From Eledone cirrhosa (Eukaryota), in assembly GCA_964016885.1 (NCBI GenBank), contig OZ024743.1, forward strand, positions 307,458,001 through 307,522,000: a DNA stretch of 64,000 nt, in the 5' to 3' direction. The notes beneath the pieces were generated by a model, which was given only the letters and a program-made list of their open reading frames with translations, was not told the DNA's origin and did not search any database. Shown piece by piece: positions 54,801-64,000 of this stretch (its first letter is position 1; every line of letters starts with the position of its first letter). The position numbers and the translations under genes are program-made.

Positions 54801-57383
54801 TTGCTGAACTGTTCGGGAGCAGCGGCAGGCTGGATCAGGGTATGGACTTCAGTGCATACCTCGACGGACTGCCTCGGCTCTCGACGACCGCAGAATAGTG
54901 TTGCGAAAAGCCAATAACAGCCAGAGAAATACGGGAAGCGATGGCTAACTGCACAAGGGGTAAATCGCCAGGTTTGGATGGTCTGCCCTACGAGCTTTAT
55001 GCATTTATGCCAGACTTGTTCGGTGACCTCTTAGCAGACGTCTACTGCAACTGACAGCTGAACGGGAGCATTCCCAGTTTCGGGAGCCGGGGAGCAGTGG
55101 CGCTGCTGAGAAAACACCCGAACAAGGGGGATGTTATCGATAACTTCAGGCCCATAACCCTGCTAAACGCAGAGTTCAAGATTTTGGCCAAGGTGTTAGC
55201 AACGAGGTTGGCGTTTGACGTCAAGGGTCTGGTGAGAGAGGTGCAGACATGAGCAATTCCGGACAGATCCTTACATGACAACCTCCACCTCATGCGATAC
55301 ATCATAGAGAGGGTGGTTAAGGAACCTGGCATGGGTGGGGCCCTGATCAACTTGGATCATGCGATGTACAGCGACATCTGCTCAGTTGTGAGGGTGAACG
55401 GTCACCATGCCGTTCAGCATCATGCGCTCAGTCCGCCAGGGTTGTCCCCTCTCGTCCCTCTTGTACATAGTCCCTCTTGTACATATTGGGGGCGATGAGG
55501 GGCGTCCCACGCGAACTAGGATGCGGGAAATCCGAGTCGGCTTACGCCGACGACGTCACCGTGGTGGTGTCGACCACCAGACACGTCCAGATGCTCGGCA
55601 CCTCTCTCAAGGAATACGAAACGGTGACAGGAGCAAAGATAAACCAGGAAAAGTCGGTGGGCTTGCAGCTCGGCACCTGGAGAGGAGAGTCCATGCCGTC
55701 CGACAGCGTCGTGGGGCGTTGGACGGACGGACCGGGTAAATTGCTCGGGGTCTGGTTCGGACCGAACCTCCGGATGGAGAAAAACTGGAGCGAGGTGACG
55801 AGCAAGGTGGCCTCGCTCACTCAGAAACGGGCCGAGAGGTAGCTGTCCCTGAAAGGCCGGGCGGAGGTGGCGAATGCGTACACCGCATCCATCATCTGCT
55901 ACCGCCTCACCGTCGTCCCTTTCCTCGGCCCAACTCTCACCAAAATGGAGCGCCTTCCTTTCCGCTTTTTGTGGAAGGGACGCGCTCCCATGTTCAGACG
56001 ATCTATCTGCTGTCAACACCTGTTGCGTGGAGGACTGGGCATGCCATGGCTGATGATGCACAAACATGCGCTGAGGCTGCGACATCCCTGGTGCTTCCTT
56101 GACGGTGAACAGGTGTAGTCGCCGTTCGCCAGGCATGTTTTCCCACAGCTCGTCTCCTTGACGGAGCTGCAGTCCTGGGTTAGGAAAAGACTGAGGGATA
56201 GCGCTTGGAAACTAGAATGTCTCCAGGCGCTCACTGCCCTCTGCCAGCTGGGCACCAGTATCGGTGGAACATCTACCTCAGCGTTCTAGTGGAGGGGAAG
56301 AGTGACGACGTCTCGGAGATTTTCTGGGCGTCAAAGAAGATCTCTCTTCCGGAGAACTTTCAACCCAGGGCCTATGGATAACTTCCAAAAATCCCTGGCC
56401 TGGCAGTGCTACTGGGGAGCGTTGCCGGTTCGAGATAAGCTCTACAGACACGGAAGTGCCGTCAGCCGCGCCTGTCCGAGATGCGCGCAGAGCGACGAAA
56501 CCATCGTGCACGCACTCGTTCAGTGTCCGAGCATTGCTGACTTGTGGAACTATGTCGAACAGTTGCTGTCGCGTGTAGGACTGATCCGGTTATCGACTGA
56601 GTCCATTGTGCAGATGGTCTCGCCATCTTCCTTCGAGGAGGAAGGGCAGGTGGTTTTCATCTGCCTGGTGGCCATGGCAAAAGAGATTGTGTGGTGGACA
56701 AGGTTGAAAGGGGTAAAGACAGATAGTTTACTCTTCGGCGAATCCCTAATTAACTTTTTCAAGTTTCACTTGAAGAGGAAAATCAGGGTGGAAAGGCAAG
56801 TGTTGAAAGGTGGGTGAATGTAGCGAGAATGGTCCAAGTGAACGGGACCACTCTGTATATATGCCTGTAGTTTGAGAAAGGGAAAAATTGAGAGAGGGCG
56901 CTTGCTCTGGTGGTCAGGGTGGCCGTGGTCTTTTGTGTGGTTTTCGCCATGACTAACCCTCAGAGGTTTCCCCCCCTATTGGGGAATTTTTTATTGTTTC
57001 AATTTTCATTTTTATTGTTTATATATATATATATGTTTCTATGTCTTTTTTTTCTTTTCTTATATAAATAATAAAAATCCTTACATGCACAAAACCCACA
57101 TCGTACCGTCCTGTGCCGTCTGTAATGTTTTTCTTGGTGTCAGCCCTTGTGATTATTATTATTATTATTATAGGCGACCTACGTAGTAAATCGTATCATC
57201 GTGAGCTCCGCAAAGGTTTGTTATTTCCGTTTGTTAAAAATTGCCATTTATGGAAAACTTTTATTGTTAACTATATATAAGCGCACATACATTGTTTTCC
57301 GAAAAGGACACCCAAAAAGATTGGGGCCTTGTGCCCAAAATTTAAAGTTTTATGATTATCAAAAAATTTCTTTGAAAAAAAAA

Positions 57384-59328
57384 ATGGCTAATTCACCACT
57401 GCACCAAGCAGCTGAAAGCCTTTCTCACAAATTAACACCTCACACCGACACCACCATTGTAAATGATTATACGTCTTCCAACACAAACAATTTAAGCACT
57501 AGCAATATTTTAAATTTGTCTCAGGCAGACATTCATTTCACGCCATTACCAATGACTGCAGGTGTTAAAGCCGCCACCACCACCACCACCCCCACCACCA
57601 CCGCGACAACAGAAACAAAAGGAAAAAATAAATCAACTCGTGATGTCGAAATATTTTCAACCAAAATGGACTCTCCCAAACCGACTTTCACTAACGTCAC
57701 CACCACCACAACTGAAACTAAAATTAATAATAACAAAAATAACGATAGCAACAACAACAATGACATTAAAAAAACCACCCTGAGTTTTGCCAGAGTAGCA
57801 AAACAGTTCGAAGCATTTACGGTAACTCAGGAGGATTTAGAAAATGCCAAACAAATGGTAAAGAAAGATGGGTACAGGGTCAGCCTCACCCCCCCCCCCC
57901 CACCTAATAAAATGGAGCATCGGCGCCTATGCACCATGTCGTATCGAACAATAAATGTAAAATCGTGCTAAGTGGAACGGGCATCCGAGTCCCAAATCCA
58001 AAAAGCTTTGGGACGTGTGGGCAAGAAAAACCCACATCAGACGTGGGCAGAAGTATGGAACCGTGGACGTGTTCTTTGAAACACCAGAGGAGGCTAGAGA
58101 ACACTCCATGGCCCCATTAAGAAGTGACGACTTCACACTCGTCCCAAGCTATTGTGGCCAGAGACTCGTAAAGATCAGGGTGACCCACATTCCACCGGCC
58201 ATCGAAATTCCCTGGCTAATAGCGGCCGTCCTCGCCGGCATCGAAGCCAACACAAAGATAATAGCAATAGCAAAAGAAAAGCAGGAGAACTGGTCCGGAT
58301 CTGGGATGGAGCTCCTGATCCAAGCGGACCAAAAAAGCATTGAGGAGATCCCAGAGGTAATAGACCTCACTGACGGCAGCCACCTCACCATAATTGTCGA
58401 GGGCAGAAGGCCTGTGTGTGTCGTTTGTGGTGAAGGAACCCACCTAAGGGCTTTCTGCCCTCAGGCTAAAAGGTTGAGGCCACCTCTCCTACCCACCCCA
58501 GTGACACAACCATCAACACCACCAGTAGCAGAGATGGCAGCAACAACTGTAGCAGCAACAACAGAAGCAACTATAACAGCAACAACCCCAGCAACAGTAG
58601 CAAAACCAACACCACCACCACCACCACCCAACGCTTCAGAACTAGCACCAGCGCCTACACCTTCCACCACACCACAACCAAAACTAACGCCTGTGGAGGA
58701 TTTTCCACTCCCCGGCCTATCACAACTGGAGACAGATTGTGACGACGAGGAGTGGGAAACAGTATCAGGGAAAAAAAAAAAAAAAAAAAAAAATTCTCTT
58801 CCTTCCCCCTCCAAAAACAAAATACAGAGGGAAACAAATAAATTAACAAACAAAAAAGTTAGGACAGAGATGCCACCATCCACACCAGCATCACCAACCC
58901 CATCAACCCAAACACCAACACCATCACCATCATTAACCCCAACACCACCATCACCTACACCACAAAAGTCACCAAAATGCGAAACAGAAACAAACCCACA
59001 ACAAACGCAAACAAAACAAAACAACCAAAACGATACACACTACACAGCATTAAATTTGAACAAGCAATTATTACACTACATCCAACACAACACCAGCATC
59101 ACAGAAAAAGACTACACAACAACCCAAAAATTCACACCACCTCCACACATACAAATCACTCGCATCACACAGAAAACGTACATGACACTAAAACAAAAAT
59201 TCCCCAAAGACATCGGAGACTTCCAACAAGCACTCTCCAGGAGGATTTATAAGGACATCCTTCCTGAGGAGGCCACAAGCAGTGAAAAGGATGGAAAAAC
59301 CGTCCTTCCCCTACGAGAAGTAAGGTAA
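57384..59328 (+). pseudogene. Tx1 ORF1 (RRM-like region, CCHC knuckle, Pro/Thr-rich linker), one frameshift ~57955
   Basis: ORFs 57201-57971 and 58015-59328; SFARVA, KYGTVDVFF, CVVCGEGTHLRAFC. Confidence 0.85.
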
Positions 59329-59362
59329 GTGGTCTTTCCCATCTTTTCCACTCCTTTTCAAC

Positions 59363-62300
59363 ATGACCTCACTCAGAATAGGCAGCATAAATGCGCGTGG
59401 CTTGGGGTCGTCATGGAAGCAGGGCCACCTGCTCAACGACCTCAGGTCACTAAACATAGATGTAGTGGCCATCAGCGAGACCAGAATCTCCGAAACACGG
59501 GCCTTCGCACCGATCTTCGGCGGCTACGATGTGTACGCATCTCCCAGCCGTCCGGGATCGGGGGGAGGAGTTGCTGTGCTTTTTCGGAGAGGTTTGGATC
59601 TTGCCATACGGGCCATCTTCCTGGACCCAGAAGGTAAGTTGGTGGTGCTGGACGTGACCAGCGGAGAAGGGCAAGCTTTCAGGTTAGTGGCTGTCTATGC
59701 CCCGACAGGAGCAGGGCGGCCTGATTTCTTCCGGCGTCTGGAGACCTTTCTTGGAACGTCCCGCTCTTTAGTGTTAGTGGGCGACTGGAACGGGATCTTA
59801 GATGCACGCTGGGATTGTGTGGGATTAGTGAATAGGGAAGGAGGGTGCAAGAGTCTCACCAACCTGCTCAGGCGTTTTGAACTGTCTGACAGGTACCGAA
59901 TGGATTTCCCGAATGTACCAATGTGGACTTGGACAAATCGCATAGGGTCATCCAGATCATATCTAGATAGAGTATTTTGTAGGGAAATAAATAGGTCTAG
60001 CATAGGCTGTCCACAATTCAAGATAGTCAGCTACACAGACCACAAATTCGTGATCTGTGTGCTTGACTTAGATAGGCTTCACAGACGAGGACCCGGCTAC
60101 TGGAAGCTAAACGCGTCCTTACCAGCGCGCAAGGCCTACAGAGACCGGATTAGCGAACTAGTTAAGCGGGCGTTGACGGGGGCCATCGTCAACAACAAGT
60201 GGTGGTTTGCTCTGAAAAGAGCAATTAGAATAGAGTCCATTAGGTTTAGTAAGGCTTTAGCAATAGAGAAAAATAGAGCAGAAGAATTAGTTAGAAAATT
60301 AGACGAGGCGCTTAGCAAAGGCATCGCGACCAATGTACTTGCGGCGAAATTGGCCCTTGACCAATTCTTCAATGCAAAGTACGAAGGCTGCGTTGTCAGA
60401 GCTTGGGTGCGTGCTCTCAGACACGAGGGGACGAAAGCCGTTCAATGGGCCCGAGTGGCGGAGGCGCGTCGTGACAATAAAGCCACGATCTGGTCTTTGG
60501 TGGACCACGACGGGTGCATGCTACTCGATCCCGGGCAAATGTGTGAAGCTTTTCAGCGACACTTCGCTCAACTGTTCGGGGGCAGTGGCGGGCCGGATCG
60601 AGGGATGGACTTTAGTGTCTACCTCGACGGACTGCCGCGGCTTTCGGCCACTGAGGCGGAGTGTTGTGAAAATCCGTTTAACAACCACTGAAGTACGGGA
60701 GGCAATGACTGGCTGCACAAGGGGTAAATCGCCTGGTTTAGATGGTCTGCCCTATGAACTTTACGTACAAATGCCAGACTTGTTCGGAAGCCTCTTGGCG
60801 GACGTCTACTACAACTGGCAACAGAACGGGAGAATTCCCAGCTCTGTGAGCCGAGGAGCGGTGGCGCTGCTGAGAAAGGATCCGAACAAGGGGGATAACA
60901 TAGATAATTTTAGGCCCATAACTCTGCTAAACACAGAGTTCAAGATTTTGGCCAAGGTGCTAGCAAAGAGGTTGGCGCTTGTCGTTGGTGGTCTGGTGGG
61001 AGAGGCAGACATGCGCCATTCCTGACAGATCCATCCACGACAACCTCCACCTCATGCGATACATCGTAGAGAGGGTAGCTAGGGAACCTGGCACGGGTGG
61101 GTCTTTGATCAATTTAGATCAGTCGAAAGCCTTCGATAGGGTCGACCATCGTTACCTAGCAGCAGTCCTGAGGGCGGCTGGCTTTGGGCCCGTCTTCAGA
61201 GGCTGGATCGCTGCCATGCACAGCGACATCTGCTCTGTAGTGAGAGTGAACGGTCACCTTTCGGAACCGTTCAACATCATGCGCTCGGTCCGCCAAGGAT
61301 GTCCCCTCTCGTCCCTATTGACTCTCGAGCCATTACTGCACAAACTGGAGACGTTGAGGGAGGTCCCGCGCGAACTAGGATGCGAAAGATCCGTGTCAGC
61401 ATATGCGGACGATGTCACCGTAGTGGTGTCGAACGCCAAACATATCGAGGCGATCGGCACTACACTCAGAGAATACGAAGCGGTGACAGGAGCAATGATC
61501 AACCAGGAAAAGTCAGTGGGCCTGCAGCTCGGCACCTGGAGAGGCAGGTCCACGCCGTCCAACAACGTCGTCGGGCGCTGGACGGACGGACCGGTTAAAT
61601 TGCTAGGGGTCTGGTTCGGTCCAGACCTCCAGACGGACAAAAACTGGGACGAGGTGACGAGCAGGGTGGCTTCTCTCACCCAGAAATGGGCCGAGAGGAA
61701 GCTATCCCTGAAAGGTCGAGTGGAGGTGGCTAACGCGTACATCGCGTCCGTCATCTACTACCGCCTGACCGTCGTACCTTGTCCTAAGCCCCGCCTGACT
61801 GTGCTGGAGTGTTTGCTCTTTCGCTTCTTGTGGAAGGGACGCGCTCCGATGGTCAGGCGGTCCATCTCCTGTCAACACCCGCTACGTGGAGGGCTGGGCA
61901 TGCCGTGGCTGATGATGCGCAGACACGTGCTCAGGCTACGACATCTACACCTCTTCCTCGACGGTGATCAGGTGTGGTCGCCGTTTGCTAGACACGTTTT
62001 TCCCCAGCTCGTCTCCTTGACGGAGCTGCAGTCCTGGGTCAAGCGAAGACCGAGAGGGAGCGCTTGGAGACTGGAATGTCTTCAGGCGCTCACAGCCCTC
62101 GACCAATCGGGCAATGTGATCGGTGGAAACTCCACCTTGGCGTTCTATAGGGGATTAGTGGAGGGTAAGAGCGACGACGTACTTGGAGAAACTCTAGGCG
62201 TCGATGAAAATCAACTAGCCAATCTCTTCGGAAGGACTTTCGGGCCGGGGCCTATGGACAACTTCCAGAAATCCCTGGCCTGGCAGTGCTACCGGGGTGC

Positions 62301-62767
62301 TTTGCCAGTTCGGGATAAACTCTACAGGCATGGAGGTGCCGTCAGCCGGGCATGTCCGAGATGCACACAGGGCGACGAAACCGTCCTGCACGCACTCGTC
62401 CAGTGTCCGAGCATTGCTGACTTGTGGGTTTATGTCAAACATCTGCTGTCACGTGTAGGACGGATCCTGCTATCAGCTGAGTCCATCGTGAGGATTGCCC
62501 CGCCCTCTTCCTTTAGCCGGGAAGGGCAGGCAGTTTTTATGTCTGGTGGCCATGGCGAAAGAGATAGTATGGTGGACACGTTTGAAAGGGCTGAAGACGA
62601 GCACTTACCTCTTCGGTGATGCCCTGATTAACTTTTTCAAATTTCATTTGAAAAGGAAAATCAGGGTAGAGAGGGAAGTGCTCTCTTCCCAGCATTTTGT
62701 TGAAAGATGGGTGAGATAAGCAAGTATGGCCCGAATGAATGGGCCTTCTCTGAGTATGTGTCTGTAA
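59363..62767 (+). pseudogene. Tx1 ORF2 (APE endonuclease, reverse transcriptase, C-terminal zinc finger), about 3 frameshifts
   Basis: SINARGL, AISET, VYAP, GDWN, SYLDR, YTDH; KSPGLDG, DQSKAFDRV, RQGCPLS, YADD; CPRC..DETVLHALVQC. Confidence 0.93.
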
Positions 62768-63509
62768 ATTAAAGGTGGAAAACTGAGAGAGGGCACTTGC
62801 CCTGGTGGTCAGGGTCACTGTGGTCTTTTAATGGGCTTTCTCCACAAGTCCCCCCCCTATTCGGGAATTTTTTCTTTGTTATTTTATTACATCCTCTGTT
62901 TTTTACACGCAGAAATGCCCATTTGTACCGTCCTGTATTGTCCTGTACTGTCCTTAATGTCTACTTTATGTAAACCCTTGTGGTTAATAAAGAAAGCATT
63001 ATTATTATTATATATATATATATATATATTATATATAGTAATAATAATAAATGTGAGGACTAAAATCCGAAGAGGGCCCGATAAGGAATATATATCAAAT
63101 ATATAAAAAACCATAGAGCAAATATTTATTAAAATAACAGATTAAAGTTTAACGGGATCTTCTGAAACTAAAAAAAAAAATCAATCTGTGGACACAAAAG
63201 TAAATATTTCGAAAAACGTTACAACCGAAGGAAAACAAGAAGACGATATTAATATATATATATTCCATCGGATGGAATGCTTTGAAAACGCAAAACATAT
63301 CTGAGGAACTTGTAAATGCAGAGTCAGGTTCAATCTGTAACAGATCCTGCCTTGAGCTGATCGACGGAGAAACATGTAATATGCTAATAAATTGTGTTTT
63401 GAGTTTTGATGCATTACTGATTCCTCGTTATCTATAATATGCACTGTTCTGCGCGAGCATCGAGTGCTCAAACGGCATACCGCCCACGGACGCTTTTAAT
63501 TGTAACCAT

Positions 63510-63554
<45 letters not shown>

Positions 63555-63562
63555 GTATATAC

Positions 63563-63740
63563 ATATGCAAAAGGCAATCAGAAATAACAAAGCTAATGAC
63601 ACATTACAATGAAAAAATATATTATTAGTTTGGGGCTCAATATAGTAGAAAAAGAGTTTTAATGTTTCAATGTAAGTCTTTCATCAGAAAACAAGATGAG
63701 AAATATTTTACGGGTTTTAAAGGACCGAAGCAAGACATCT
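63563..63740 (-). mobile_element. Penelope pLTR remnant with degenerate hammerhead (63656-63692)
   Basis: Homologous to 15535-15660; GUUUU-CUGAUGA-...-GAAA-CAUU-AAAAC with a weak stem II. Confidence 0.6.
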
Positions 63741-64000
63741 GACGTCTTATTTTTTATGGTTTAACAAAGTACTGGTGAAGGCGAGATGATTATTGTAAGA
63801 TATATTTACATCCTGGATAAATCAAGCTAATGGGGTAATTAATCAAATTTTTAATTTAAAAAAATAGAAAAAAATGTATGTGTGTGCATATTTATGTGTA
63901 TGTCTGTTTCTGTGTACAATGTGTGTATTTCAAGTGTGAGGTAATCATAATTTAAAGAAAATGACATTTAATAAAATATAATATAATATCCTTACATTTG

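Larger units (their letters stand above)
49312..57171 (+). mobile_element. Tx1-like copy 5 (5' type A), full length, decayed, interrupted by an LTR element
   Basis: Same 5' end GAAGGTGAAGCCACGC as copy 1; ORF1 CYLCGSKGHLKAFC; APE; RT with YADD; CCHC finger; (ATT)n tail. Confidence 0.92.
57172..63010 (+). mobile_element. Tx1-like copy 6 (5' type D), full length, best preserved
   Basis: 5'UTR, ORF1, 34-nt spacer, ORF2, 3'UTR, tail AACCCTTGTGGTTAATAAAGAAAGC(ATT)n. Confidence 0.93.

Noticed and set aside
30163-63010. Segmental duplication or collapsed assembly as the cause of the array
   Set aside because: Copies differ in 5' type, deletions, nested insertions and point mutations

Overview
AT-rich animal genomic DNA, most likely cephalopod (Octopus-like SINE, RTE and Penelope families; inferred, not searched). 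No host gene was found and the window is almost entirely transposable elements. 1-30 kb is a graveyard of decayed elements separated by (TA)n: two Helitrons, about 8 Penelope-like element (PLE) copies all on the minus strand (several with hammerhead ribozymes in their terminal repeats, two with inverted pLTRs), RTE LINEs and two tRNA-derived SINE families. 30.2-63.0 kb is a same-strand, head-to-tail array of six Tx1-like (L1-group) non-LTR retrotransposons with four different 5'UTR/ORF1 types. Each of the five copies that keeps its 5' end starts inside the (ATT)n tail of the previous element. A Gypsy element and a non-autonomous LTR element are nested in the array. Best candidate for an undescribed system: an (ATT)n-targeting Tx1 family whose tail recreates its own target, with a 3'-terminal CUUGU stem-loop plus (ATT)n tail shared with a SINE. 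Coordinates were read by eye and may be off by a few bases; boundaries of decayed elements are approximate.
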